Part shown: positions 1 to 12,600 of the stretch, piece by piece | How the letters are laid out: the number at the start of each line of letters is the position of its first letter | How positions within the stretch are numbered: the stretch's first letter is position 1 | From: Thraustochytrium aureum | Taxonomy: Eukaryota | Assembly: GCA_012862495.1 (NCBI GenBank) | Contig: BLSG01000419.1 | Span: forward strand, 12,121-76,120 | Length of the DNA: 64,000 nt | Reading direction: 5' to 3' | Translations under genes and position numbers: made by a program | Notes under the pieces: model-generated | Told to the model about the DNA's origin: nothing | The model's database searches: none | What the model saw: the letters and a program-made list of their open reading frames with translations, nothing else

Positions 1-237
1 TTCATTGCCGAGTGGTGGATTTCCGAGCTCAAACTGGCCGAGAAGGAAGGCTGGCGCCCCTGGACCTTGGACGGGAAGAAGGAGGTCGTGGGCTACGTGA
101 CCACTTATGAAGGTGACTTTAGTTTTGTGACGATCCGAGGCAGCGGCCACATGGTCCCGCAGATGAAGCCCGCCGCCTCTTTCGAGATGCTGCGCAGCTG
201 GCTCGCCAACGAGCCGCTCAAGGGATACAAGGCCTAG
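1..237 (+). CDS. Serine carboxypeptidase (S10 family), C-terminal fragment
   Basis: Frame 1 translates to FIAEWWISELKLAEKEGWRPWTLDGKKEVVGYVTTYEGDFSFVTIRGSGHMVPQMKP...KA*. The WRPW...GYV...FVTIRGSGHMVP pattern is the catalytic-His motif of S10 peptidases. The 5' end lies outside the window. Confidence 0.9.
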   Translation, partial: FIAEWWISELKLAEKEGWRPWTLDGKKEVVGYVTTYEGDFSFVTIRGSGHMVPQMKPAASFEMLRSWLANEPLKGYKA

Positions 238-682
238 TAGGTACGCGACCTGCAGTCGGGGCATTTACAGAACACCGATAAACGAAACGAGAATTAGGGC
301 GACTTCGATGTGCGGCAAGACCCAGGCTAGTGCGAAAGCCGAATGCGTGCCCCGACGCAAAAGCTTGACGCCAACAAGACACTGACGACCAGCACGCGCA
401 ACCGCGCATCGCGACCTGTTGGGTAAACCAGGCGGCCACGAGGCGTGCGACAGCAGCCCAAAGCTATCTGCCAAAGACTGCCTTTGCCCGAAACGAGGTT
501 GCTCGGTCCTCGAACGAAAAGATAAAAAACCTGAGGCAGCCGGGATCACCCAACGCGCCGGGAAGAAGGAAAAAACACGAGGCAGAGACCGTGACCCGCA
601 GCGCCCAGACACAGGCGATGGCGTTGCTGCTGTCAGTCAGGAGCGACCAATGTCAATTACAATGGGGCAGATGGCTGCCCAG

Positions 683-1597
683 CTACTGGCGCCATCCGGT
701 TTGGGCACTCGGTGCACTGGATAAAGACCGTCATAGGTTCATCAGCGCTCCGCGTCTGTTTCTCGNNNNNNNNNNNNNNNNNNNNAGCTTCTCCATGATG
801 TTGGCGCGCTCCTCGTCCAGCCAGTCCTGGCGACTGCCTGCGAGCTTCTCCTCGTTGTCAAGCTTGATCTGCTCGATTCGGTCCTGGCTCAAGAGCTCGG
901 CGTCAGTCATGGTCACGAGGCGGGCCGCCAGAAGCTTGCCCTCGAGCAGGTCCACCTTGAGCTTCTTGTTCTGGTTGAGGTTGTACTTGAGGGTTCGGTA
1001 CTTGGACTTGTAGTCGGCGCTGCTGGCGACGAGCGCGTTGGCCATTGCGCGTTCGATGTGCGCCGCCACGTTGGCGACCGCGGCTTTGCCAAAGCGGTCT
1101 TCCTCATCCTTGAACAGCTGCTGAAGCAGCTGGCACGTCTTGGCCCGCTTGGGATCCACAGGTTGCGGAATGCGCTCAAGGGCGGACCGCTAGCTTCGCT
1201 TACGCTTTTCGGCGCTTTTGGCGCTTGCCGCTGAAGGCTCCGCCGCTTTCGCCGCTTTCGCCGCCGCCTCTGGCGTCTTTTCATTGAAGAGGCTCCCGCT
1301 CGAGGCGGAGGACATCGAGCGGTCCAAAGTGGGCATCGTCCCAGGCGCAGAGTGCTTTGCTTTCGTGGCCTCCTTCCAGCTCTTGAGGATCGGCTTGGCG
1401 GCGGCGGCCACTTTCGGGCGCTCGTCCCCGGCGAGTTTGTTGATCGTCTTGCCGATTCCGGTGGACTTGAGCAGCTCGCGCGTGACCACGGCGCTTGCCA
1501 CAGAGCGGAGGACGTCCAGCAGGACTGTCTCGTTGTCCATGTTCTTCTTGAGGTCCTTGCGCAGCTGCGCCAGGCCCTCGCCCTCCTTGCGGCTCAT
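683..1597 (-). CDS. TFIIS: Transcription elongation factor TFIIS (N-terminal, central and Zn-ribbon domains), interrupted in this assembly
   Basis: N-domain LLKSTGIGKTINKL...ILKSWKE; central domain YKSKYRTLKYNL...LVTMTDAELLS; after the small gap, EKQTRSADEPMTVFIQCTECPNR (TFIIS Zn ribbon with the DE hairpin). There is an in-frame TAG at 1190-1192 and an indel near 695. Confidence 0.9.
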
Positions 1598-3109
1598 TCC
1601 GGCTTGGCTCCCCACGAGCTTGAGCACCCGTTCTTCGGCGTGGGGGGTCGGCACGCTCAGCAGCACGTCGGCCGCGCGGGTTGCCAGCCGGTCTCGCCGC
1701 CGGGTCGCGCGCAGGGAGCAGTGGCCGCAAGCGACAAGGCGGCACGCCAGTCCGCTGGCCGCGTCGATCGACCAACGAGCTAGAGCGTGTCAACTCTGCT
1801 TGCGCCCAGCTCCGGCCGCCACGGGGCGCGCAGCGGCTGGCCCTGGCGCCTGCGCCGTCAAGCTGGCTAACGTCGCGGGCGCTCGGGGATTCCTCGCTCG
1901 GTGCGCGTCTGCGGCGGCTGCTCTGGCCTCTGTTTCAAGCTCTGGAGGGCAAGCGGACCTCCAAACCACCAATCCACTCTCGATGCCCGGACGCGGATGC
2001 TCGCGCGCCTCTGGCGGACCGCGGCTGATCCCGAGCCGCGGCGCGCTGCTGCGTCCACGTAGCAGCGAAGCCTCGGCGCCTCTCGGCCCGCAGTTCGGCG
2101 GAGCCTCGCAGGCGGCCGGCGGGAGGGCGACACGGCGGTGGCCTCCCGACCTCCCTCCACCCGAACGGGACAGGTCGCGCAAGCAGGACTTGACGAGCGC
2201 GCGCCCCTGCTGGCAGGCGCGTGCTATGACTGGCCGGATTTACAGGCGCAGCAGCTTCGCCCCGCGCTGGTGGCGCGAGCCAGCTCGAGAGGAGAACAGC
2301 GCTGCCTGCGTCCCACCGCGCCCGCTCCGCTTGGGGGCTGAGGGGCGAGCAGGCTGTCGCAGCAAGTTGCAAGCCCGTTCGTGCGCAAGTCAGCAAGTTG
2401 CGAGCCCGTTCGTGCGCAAGCCCCACATCGGCCTTGCTCGCGACCGAAGCGAGCTCTGCGGCGAGTGCCAAGCCCGCCGCCGGAATGCGTTGTCGTTGTC
2501 GAGTTGGGCTTTGCCCCTTGCCCCGAAAAAGNTTGCAAGCCAACTCGGCCAGCACCTCGCCCACCTGGGCCCCAGATCAGGCATGCGCCTCCGGCCTGGG
2601 CGCCGTCGCCAGCGAGACCCACAAGCCTTCAGCAACCTGGCCGCAGCTGAGCCAGTCCAAGGTGAGGCCGCTGAGCCTGGTATGCTTGCCATGCTTCGGC
2701 ATCCAGCCAGCCAGCCCAGGATCCTCGTCAGACCAGTGGCGCACGCCAGTCCGTGCAGCTGCAGCCCGACGGCCCGGCCGGCGGCGGCATCGCGCGCGGG
2801 AGCACCGCGTCGTGGTCGAAAACCCGCTAAAAAAATCGATCAATTTTCTTCTTGCCTGCGCACAAGGCGAACTTGCCGCGCTGCGCTGTGCGCTCCAAAG
2901 CGCTTTGCCTTGGACGCGGTTGGGCGGCCGGTGCAGACCACCCCCATTCCCCCTGGCGAGCCCGGATCTCCACGGCGCAGCCCGGCGTGTCCAGAGGCGG
3001 TGGGTGCCCGCGCGCTGCTGGCACGAGCGCGGCACTTGCGATCGGGGAGCGCGCCTCCAGGTCGACCGATCGATCGATCCATCACCCCCAGGACGTGAGT
3101 GCAACCGCG

Positions 3110-3644
3110 ATGGCGACGATCGCAAGGTCGAGGCTCGCGGAGGAGCGCAAGCAGTGGAGGAAAGACCACCCGATCGGGTTTTTTTGCTCGGCCATGCAAG
3201 AAGGAGGACGGGAGCACTGACTTGCTCAAGTGGGAGGCCGGCATTCCTGGCAAGGTAGGGACGCCGTGGGAGAGCGCCGTGTATCGCATGCGGCTCGAGT
3301 TTCAAGAAGACTTTCCATCCCGGCCGCCCGAGTGCTACTTTGACCCCGTGATCTTCCACCCGAACATTTACCCCAGTGGACGCGTGTGCCTCAACATTCT
3401 TGACGAGTCGAAGCAGTGGAAGCCTTCGATCACGCTAAAGCAGATCCTCCTGGGCGTTCAAGAGCTCTTGGACAACCCGAACAACGAGGACCCCGCGCAG
3501 TCGCAGGCGTGCACGCTGCTCAAGATCGACCCGGCGAAGTACAACGATCACATTCGCAAGCAGGCAAAGGCGTTCGCGGACATGGCGCGCGCCGTCGAGT
3601 CCGGGGCGCGCCCGCCCGGCGTGTTCGTTAATGTGGTCGAGTAA
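3110..3644 (+). CDS. UBC9: SUMO-conjugating enzyme E2 (Ubc9)
   Basis: [28 protein letters not shown]...WEAGIPGK...FHPNIYPSGRVCLNIL...WKPSITLKQILLGVQELL..PN..DPAQ. One extra T in the T7 run at about 3179-3185 joins the two ORFs. Confidence 0.95.
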
Positions 3645-4077
3645 GCGCTGCGGGCCTTGGGGCGGATGACGCTTGGCTGTGTGCGCTCTGTGCGCGTGCC
3701 AACCAGCAAAGAGCGCCTCGAACTTCACAGAAACGCAGACAGACCTCGCCTTGGGTCCGAACTCGACTCTGGCGGTCGCTCTTTCCGAGTTTGCAGACAG
3801 CGAACCTATGGCAATTGATGGCTAATTGTGGTTTGGCTCCTGGCCACATCAACGAAAATGAATAGAACTCCTCACACGCCTCTCGTTTCCCCTGACTTGC
3901 TCTACTTTGATGACGTGACCTGCAAGGAACAGCGGGTGGGGGCGCAGAACCGTGGCCCTCCTCCATCGCTAGCCTTTAGAGCTCTAGCTACTAGCTTGCA
4001 GAGAATTGGATAGAGTGTAGCAGCCACCGATCCATCGCGTCGCCCGAGGGGCGAGCGTGGCCATGCTCGCCCCTTGC

Positions 4078-5392
4078 TCACTTGTCCTTGCGCGAGTCAG
4101 CGGGGTCTGGTGCCTCTCGCGACAGCGGCTTGTTGATCACTCGCTCAAACTGTGCACGCTCCTCCTTGAGCACAAGCATCCGGCGGCCCTTGTTGGCTTT
4201 GCTGTACACGGTGGCACCGTCGAGATAAAGTTGCCACCGCCCAGGACCACTGCAAAGACGCCCGAGGCCCCGACCTGGAGCTCCTCCCGGTATTCTGTCC
4301 AGTGCTTGCCAAAGACGTTGCATTCTGTGAAGAGAGTCTTGAAGAAGCTCAACCCGAGCGCGATCTGCCACACGTGGGCAATGAAGAGAAACGGCACGAG
4401 TATGACGAGCTCCTTTGGAAGCTCGGTGAGGGTCTCCGGGTACGAAACGTCCATGTGGCCGGTCTTGCCGAGGGCACGGTTGGCGTAGTCTCGCTTCTGG
4501 TAGAAGAGTATTTGCATGGTCTGCACCACCCCGGTGTACGCGCAAAGGCAGGTCACGTAAGGCACGTAGCTGAGGTAGGTCTCGGTGGGCGGCCACACGA
4601 GCCAGACCATCGTGCCGCCCGCGCTGAGATAGTGGTGGTAGATCCACCATGGCCGGATGTTGCTCCCGTTCACCAGAAGGATATTCTCGCGAAGCGCGAG
4701 AGACACAAAGTAGTACAGCAGCCACAGATGGTGAAAGATGTTGATCCAGTGCGTGTCGAGCCACGCGTGCCGCAGGTAGTAGTGCGAGGAGAGCACCACC
4801 ATCGGGAACAGAACAAAGATGACGTTGGTCCGCAGCTTGAACTTGTTGTACTCGTCGCGGAGCCGGCACCGCTCCCGGTCCGAGAAGCACTTGACGTTGA
4901 CGCGACCAAGCATTATGCGAGAGAAGAAGGACCGCGTCTCGGGCCGGATCTCGCGGAGGCGGTCAAGGCGGCGCTCGAGCGTCTTCACCGCGCCGCGCAA
5001 GTCTTGCACGTCCCTGTCGGGCTCGCCGGTTTCGGCCCCGATCTTTTTCGCGGCCTTGTTAATGGCGACCAGCTCGTGCGTTGTCCGGAGCGAAATGGTC
5101 TTGACTTTGTCCTGGAGCTCCGTGGAGCGCTGCATCAGCTCGTTGAACTCCTTAACTCTGTTGCTCCAGGACGCAGTCGTCAGCGCGCGCCGCCGCTCCA
5201 CCAAGCTCATCGCACAGAGTGTTGCTTGCAACCGACATCAACGTACAGTTTCTGCGCCTGTTTCAGGTCGTCGTCCACGCTGCGCAGAGACGACAGCACC
5301 CCTTCAAAGGCCCTCCTGTGGTCCTTCATCGCCGCGCTGCCCGCCTCGGCCGTCTCCACCGCCGCGTCGCCAGCAGGGCCGTCGACAGCCAT
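4078..5392 (-). CDS. TMEM120: TMEM120/TMPIT-family membrane protein
   Basis: N-terminal coiled coil, then MLGRVNVK...RDEYNKFK, YYFVSLALRENILLVNGSNIRPWWIYHHYLS and YQKR...RALGK..MDV. Apparent indels near 5225 and 4215. Confidence 0.88.
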
Positions 5393-7338
5393 GCTCGGCC
5401 GAGTTCGAGATTGCAACAAATCGCGGGATCGAAACGCAGCCGCTTCGAGGGCCCGATCCTCCGCAAACGCGGCGGGCGGCGCCTGCCCAACGCAGCGCTG
5501 CAGCTCACCAAGGCGCTCCTCCCTCCAGCTCTTCTCGGCCGCTCCGCGCACCTGCGAGTTGCAGCACTGCACCGTCAACGCCACCACGACGTCGCCCCGG
5601 AGAAAGTCGCCGCCACGCCAACCCAGCCTCCTAACCTTGCGAGCAACGATATGCGGAACGCTTTCGCGCCCAACCCCTCCCCAGCAGCTCCACCTTGCGA
5701 TCAGCGCTCTGCGGAACGCCCTACCCGCGGAACGCATTTCGGCCCGCCGCTGTTTTGCATCAACCCTCGGGGGGCACCTGGTAAGTTACTGCGTCCAAAC
5801 GGATACTCCGACATGCGATTTAACTCTCTTTATATGTGGAGTCTCGGCGTTTGTTTCGCCGAGAGTCGCTTTGTCGGTTTTTCCAGGCAGCAAAACCGCC
5901 GTCGCCTGCCGCGGCTCCCAAGAGGGTAACCCGCGCTCTCTGCGTCGCGCTGTTCGCGGGAACCCGCTGCCCCCGCACACCTGAGCACATCTTGTGAGGC
6001 GCTGGCGGCAGGGGGAACCCGTGCAGGCGCGCGAGCAGAGGAGCAGCGGGGGTTTCGTGGGGGGCACCGGGAGCGCAGAGAGGGGGCGTTTGTGAGGGAG
6101 GGAGGGCCAACAACCGCCCGAGCAGAGCCCACAGAGCGGCGGCGCGAAGGGAGACCGCGAAGAAAGAGGCGCAGGCAGGCACGCAGGCAGGCAGCAGGCA
6201 GGCAGACACCGAACGGGGACGGGCGCGCAGCGGCAGCCAGGCGAGCAGCCGACCGCAGAGGCAGCCAGGCACGCAGGCGCGCAGGCGGGCAGGCGGGCGT
6301 GGCGCGCTGCAGGGGGACCGCGGGGGCGCCGGACGTTTGGCTGGGCTCGTNNNNNNNNNNNNNNNNNNNNNNNNNNNNNNNNNNNNNNNNNNNNNNNNNN
6401 NNNNNNNNNNNNNNNNNNNNNNNNNNNNNNNNNNNNNNNNNNNNNNNNNNNNNNNNNNNNNNNNNNNNNNNNNNNNNNNNNNNNNNNNNNNNNNNNNNNN
6501 NNNNNNNNNNNNNNNNNNNNNNNNNNNNNNNNNNNNNNNNNNNNNNNNNNNNNNNNNNNNNNNNNNNNNNNNNNNNNNNNNNNNNNNNNNNNNNNNNNNN
6601 NNNNNNNNNNNNNNNNNNNNNNNNNNNNNNNNNNNNNNNNNNNNNNNNNNNNNNNNNNNNNNNNNNNNNNNNNNNNNNNNNNNNNNNNNNNNNNNNNNNN
6701 NNNNNNNNNNNNNNNNNNNNNNNNNNNNNNNNNNNNNNNNNNNNNNNNNNNNNNNNNNNNNNNNNNNNNNNNNNNNNNNNNNNNNNNNNNNNNNNNNNNN
6801 NNNNNNNNNNNNNNNNNNNNNNNNNNNNNNNNNNNNNNNNNNNNNNNNNNNNNNNNNNNNNNNNNNNNNNNNNNNNNNNNNNNNNNNNNNNNNNNNNNNN
6901 NNNNNNNNNNNNNNNNNNNNNNNNNNNNNNNNNNNNNNNNNNNNNNNNNNNNNNNNNNNNNNNNNNNNNNNNNNNNNNNNNNNNNNNNNNNNNNNNNNNN
7001 NNNNNNNNNNNNNNNNNNNNNNNNNNNNNNNNNNNNNNNNNNNNNNNNNNNNNNNNNNNNNNNNNNNNNNNNNNNNNNNNNNNNNNNNNNNNNNNNNNNN
7101 NNNNNNNNNNNNNNNNNNNNNNNNNNNNNNNNNNNNNNNNNNNNNNNNNNNNNNNNNNNNNNNNNNNNNNNNNNNNNNNNNNNNNNNNNNNNNNNNNNNN
7201 NNNNNNNNNNNNNNNNNNNNNNNNNNNNNNNNNNNNNNNNNNNNNNNNNNNNNNNNNNNNNNNNNNNNNNNNNNNNNNNNNNNNNNNNNNNNNNNNNNNN
7301 NNNNNNNNNNNNNNNNNNNNNNNNNNNNNNNNNNNNNN

Positions 7339-7924
7339 ACATCCGCAGGCAGTTGATGCGCTGGGCGCGGAGCACGACAACCGTCGCGTGGGCACCGCGA
7401 GTGGGGCTAGTGTCGGCCTGTCCACTCCAGCAAAGCCTGTTCAGGCTGCCAGCGAGTCTCCAATGACCCCGCCAGAAGCAAGCAGTGGCTCCGGAGCGGG
7501 TTTGCCGGATATCGCCATGCTCGCACCGAAACCGCGCGTCGCTGGCAAGCCCCAAGCCAAACCGCCCGCGCAGGAAGACGACGGCTGGCGCTCAGAAAAC
7601 AACTACGCCATCTCCGACAAGGACGATAGCGAGTCTTCGTACTCGTCCGATGACGAGGACGGCGAAAAGAGCGGCAAAGCAAAAAACATCCCAGCTTGGG
7701 CCGAAAAGACAGCGCTGACTGCCACGCTTCGCGAGCAGTACCTTGGGGCGTCGCGGCCCGACCCGGACGAGATCTTTGGCGAGATCCCTGCCTGCGACCT
7801 GGAGGCAATCTTTCGCGGATCCAAAAAACGCTACAAGCAGCGAGGGAGCTCGGGCATGTGGCATAGTGACGGCCTTACCGTGAAGGAGAAGAGACTGTAC
7901 CGCAAAGCTGTTGGCCTCGAGTAA
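7339..7924 (+). CDS. INCENP: INCENP-like protein, C-terminal Aurora-binding IN-box (5' part in gap)
   Basis: NYAISD...DDED..KNIPAWAEK..L...L.EQ....DPDEIFG....CDLEAIF...KKRYKQRGSSGMW matches the IN-box (INCENP_ARK-bind) pattern. Confidence 0.8.
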
Positions 7925-8174
7925 TACTATCTCCTACAAATCAAAAACCGTGCCTTGCCGCATCTCGCTTGTGTTGCCGTGCTTTGATTTCATTCAAAGA
8001 CAGTCATCAATGTAGGTACTTGTTCAAGGCGCACTGCAGCGCAGACACCTGCCTGGCCTTGTCGTGCCTCCTTCTTTTTGATTGACAAGACCTTCAAAGA
8101 CCGAGATCAATCAAAAGTAGGCCCCTCTACGAGTGGAGAGCGGTGCCCGTCTGCGTCGACCCCCGGCAGCGAGC

Positions 8175-8631
8175 CTACTCGGAGGCAAAAGCCGTCATCG
8201 CAAACTCCACAGCCTTTGCACCAGGATCCGGAACGCCTCGCAGGTTCTCGTCCGGCACATAGTTTTGCGCGACCAGCAGAGGCCTTCATTGTGGCCGTGG
8301 CGTCTGCGCCCTGCTTGGCCGCCGCCGCAAGCTCGGCGAGCGTCGAGTCCGTCGTCCAGGTTCGTGCCATCGCATCAAGGGGGTCGAGCATGGTGCGCAT
8401 CCCCGGCGTCGCCCCGCCATACCTCGTGATCGCATCACAGCCTGTCCGCAGCGCCTTGCCGTAGTCTGCGTTGTGGCTCAACTGCGCTTCACAAGCAGTG
8501 AAAAAGATGGCGAGAACGGCCCCTGAGGTCCCGCCCATCTTGCGAGCCTGCTCTGCGAGAGCGGCCATAGTTAGCTGCGGCGAAGTCGTATCCACGAGGC
8601 CCTGGTCCAGCACCGCAAGCACGAGCTTGGC
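8175..8631 (-). CDS. DAK: Dihydroxyacetone/triose kinase, DAK2 (DhaL) domain; 5' part in gap
   Basis: MGGTSGAVLAIFF...YGGATPGMRTMLDPL...GADATATMKASAGRA. Removing one A from the A4 run gives NYVPDENLRGVPDPGAKAV...SE*. Confidence 0.88.
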
Positions 8632-9630
8632 NNNNNNNNNNNNNNNNNNNNNNNNNNNNNNNNNNNNNNNNNNNNNNNNNNNNNNNNNNNNNNNNNNNNN
8701 NNNNNNNNNNNNNNNNNNNNNNNNNNNNNNNNNNNNNNNNNNNNNNNNNNNNNNNNNNNNNNNNNNNNNNNNNNNNNNNNNNNNNNNNNNNNNNNNNNNN
8801 NNNNNNNNNNNNNNNNNNNNNNNNNNNNNNNNNNNNNNNNNNNNNNNNNNNNNNNNNNNNNNNNNNNNNNNNNNNNNNNNNNNNNNNNNNNNNNNNNNNN
8901 NNNNNNNNNNNNNNNNNNNNNNNNNNNNNNNNNNNNNNNNNNNNNNNNNNNNNNNNNNNNNNNNNNNNNNNNNNNNNNNNNNNNNNNNNNNNNNNNNNNN
9001 NNNNNNNNNNNNNNNNNNNNNNNNNNNNNNNNNNNNNNNNNNNNNNNNNNNNNNNNNNNNNNNNNNNNNNNNNNNNNNNNNNNNNNNNNNNNNNNNNNNN
9101 NNNNNNNNNNNNNNNNNNNNNNNNNNNNNNNNNNNNNNNNNNNNNNNNNNNNNNNNNNNNNNNNNNNNNNNNNNNNNNNNNNNNNNNNNNNNNNNNNNNN
9201 NNNNNNNNNNNNNNNNNNNNNNNNNNNNNNNNNNNNNNNNNNNNNNNNNNNNNNNNNNNNNNNNNNNNNNNNNNNNNNNNNNNNNNNNNNNNNNNNNNNN
9301 NNNNNNNNNNNNNNNNNNNNNNNNNNNNNNNNNNNNNNNNNNNNNNNNNNNNNNNNNNNNNNNNNNNNNNNNNNNNNNNNNNNNNNNNNNNNNNNNNNNN
9401 NNNNNNNNNNNNNNNNNNNNNNNNNNNNNNNNNNNNNNNNNNNNNNNNNNNNNNNNNNNNNNNNNNNNNNNNNNNNNNNNNNNNNNNNNNNNNNNNNNNN
9501 NNNNNNNNNNNNNNNNNNNNNNNNNNNNNNNNNNNNNNNNNNNNNNNNNNNNNNNNNNNNNNNNNNNNNNNNNNNNNNNNNNNNNNNNNNNNNNNNNNNN
9601 NNNNNNNNNNNNNNNNNNNNNNNNNNNNNG

Positions 9631-12600
9631 TTACAAGGCGCGCTTCTGTCGCGCCTTTTGGAGCTCGTCGGGCGTCGCTCGCTTCCAGACTCTGATGACC
9701 TGCTTGCTGCCGCTGTCGCCGTCGACGGAGACCATCGTCTGGAATTGAATGATGCCGCGCTCCTTGCGAACGCGCTTGACCGTTTCCCACGGAAGCGCGA
9801 GCTCGGCGCAATCCCGCTTGATGCGCTGCAAGGGGCACGGTCCGTTCGCCAAGAGCAAGTCCAGGAGTTGCGAGATCTGCTCTTCAGGCGTGAGCTCAAC
9901 GCTTTCGCTCGCCTCCGAGCTCCCCGACGAGCCCGACGAGCTGCTCGATCTTGAGGAGACCTCGCTGGCCACCTTCGCCTCAACGACTGGCGTCGGAAGT
10001 GGACTTGCACATTGCTGTCGAGAGCCAGCCCGCGACAGTGGGAGATCTAGCGGCGGCATCGCGGTTTGCGCTCGCAGTATCGGGGCAGGCTCTGTCTGTT
10101 TCGCCATCTGCTGCTGCTGCTGCTGCTGCTGCTGCAAAAGCTGCTCTTCCTGCTGCTGCAAAAGCTGTTGCTGCAAAAGCTGTTGCTGCTGCAGGAGCTG
10201 CTGCTGCGGCTGCTGCTGCTGCTGCTGCTGATGACGATGATCGGCGAGGTCGTCTCCCTCCCATCGCGTCGCAACGAGTTTGTTGAGGAAAGCTCCGGCT
10301 TCGTCCTTCAGGTCAGCGATTGAGGTTGACGTCGGGGTACGCACCAGTTTCGAGCTGGGCTGCTGGACAAGCGTCGCTTGGCCACCAACCCCTGCCAGAG
10401 TGGCAATGAGTACGTTGAGCTTGGCGTCCATGTCCGAAATCCGGTCCTCCAGCCGGCTGTTCACCAGCAGTAGCTCGGCGACATGAGTAGCGCTCGTCTC
10501 GGCCTCCGCCGAGGTCTTGACAGTCTCATCGTTGGATTTCACGTTGCCGGGGCCATACTTGGCCCAGAGGTAAAGCCCTACTTTGTCAGAAAAGATCTGC
10601 GAGAGATCGGCGAAGGAGAAAACGACCTTCACAGGAGGGCCAGCCTCCACTGCGCGGTACGGCAAGCTCAATGCCGCTCCCGCGCGGTGGTCTACGAGCA
10701 TAGAGCGAACCGTGGACAGCTCGTTGAAAATCGTTGCCAGCGACGGCCGCACAAGCTCGCTGTCCTCACTAGTGAGCATGGACGTCATTGGGTCCACCTT
10801 GGAAGCCGCCAGTGGCTTGCGACCGAGTCCCAGAGTTGTTGCGAGCGCACGCAAACCTGCGCGAGCATCCGCGACGACCGTCCCGCTTTCCGATCCCTTT
10901 TCTGCCTCCTCACCGACCACGTCGTAAGTCGCGATTACAATGCCGAGCAGAATGTTGAGCATCAGAAGAACCCCCATGGCGAGAAAACCAAAGTAATAGA
11001 CCGTGAGCGGAATGTAGGCCCACCAGCTGTAGTGGATGCTTGGCATCCAGCCCAGGAACTCCGAATAGTCAACGCCGCTTATCATCATGCGCGTGAGCGT
11101 TCCAACTGACGAGCCGAGGGTGCTGAATTGGGTGCTCCTCTGCGAGAACATAGCAAACCCCACCGCTGCGTACCCGAGCACGAACAAGCTCACCACGATT
11201 GCAAAGTGAAGAAGACTTGGCATGGCCCTGCTGATTGTGCGCGAGACGACGCCGAGCCTCGGGTGGAAGGAAAGGTGCTTGAACATGCGAAACACTGCCA
11301 GAATCATGCACATCGTGTTGGCGATCTGAAACAGAGCCATCATGTTCGCCACGCGCATAAAGTAGGCCACAGTGATGTCCCCGTCAAACTGACCCCCGCT
11401 TGGAATCGCGTCGCTCACATGCTCACGCGTCTCTTTGAGTGCAATGTAGATCTGAAGCTGGAGCGCGATGACGAGCCCGCCCAGGGCGACAAGCGCGAGG
11501 TCCAGCCAGTTCCAAAAGTCACTAAAATACGCGCCAATGCCCTTGAGCGCGCCATTGCACGCGCCTCGGCCGTGCGCCTTCGCCCGCGCTACCCCAGCGC
11601 CGATCGCTAGCGAAATGTCCATGACCTCCTTGATAAAGAAGAGCAGCATGCTCAGCGCAAAGATGATCTCGAGCGTGACCCGGAATTGCCAGGGCGCCGC
11701 ATTGCTCTCCAAAACGTCGTCGCTCAGCGGGTTGAGGAGGAAAGACTGAGTCAAGATGTCCCGCTGGAGCCCGCCCGTGTGCCGCACAAGAAAGCGGATT
11801 TGCAGCGTGCCCCAAAGCTTTGTGTTCCCGTTGTAGAGCACCATGAACACTGACGTCTCTGCAGTACCGCCGTCGATCCAGTTTCTCGCGCGGAGCTGCG
11901 CGACCTGTGATTTTACCGTTGCCTTGGCGACGGCGACGCGCTTGCCCGTGTCGGCGTCGAACCGGTTCAAAGGCAATTCGACAAACTCGGTGTTGCGTAG
12001 GTCTGCAGGAACGAGGGGCGAGATCTGCGGCAGGATTGCGTTGAGGCCCTCGTTTGCCGTGGCAACCACGGCATCCGGAGTTGGCCACCTTGGACAAACT
12101 GTGAACAGGGCGTTTTCGAGGGGATCACAGAGCGCGCTGAAGTTTGTCTTTCGCTGGGTCAAAAACACCCCGCTGAGGATTGTGTTGAATTGCAGCAGGG
12201 TGGGCTTCTCCCAGAGGTTTTCAACGATGACGCGGTCGAGCCAGTCCCAGTAGGCGTCTGCTTCAGCGACGTCTTCGAAGGCGGTGCCGCCGTCCTCGCT
12301 GCTCGCTCGATGCACCCAATTGGTTGACTCCATAATCATCGCGCCCTCCTCGGTCACTGGGTAGCAAATCATGATGGATAGGTAACAAACCAAGAACATC
12401 AAGTACAGCATGAGCGACTTGCAGTCCTTTTGGCTCTGGATTCGTTTGTCCAGGCACTCAAGCTCGGCGTCGATCGGCACGCTGGCCTCGCCTTGAAACC
12501 GAGGCCCCTCATACATCTTTGCGGCACCCGCCCCGGGCGCCGCATCGCCAAGTAAAGTGCCTTTGTACTCGTCCAGACTCAGCACGTTGTCGTTGTTGGT

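Noticed and set aside
1218..3098. 626-aa ORF and many similar long Arg/Ala/Pro-rich ORFs
   Set aside because: Shadow ORFs caused by high GC. They lack domains or coding-like codon bias and often overlap real genes antisense.
5786..9838. Long ORFs running through N-gaps
   Set aside because: Their length is an artefact of X residues. Only the INCENP and DAK fragments are supported.
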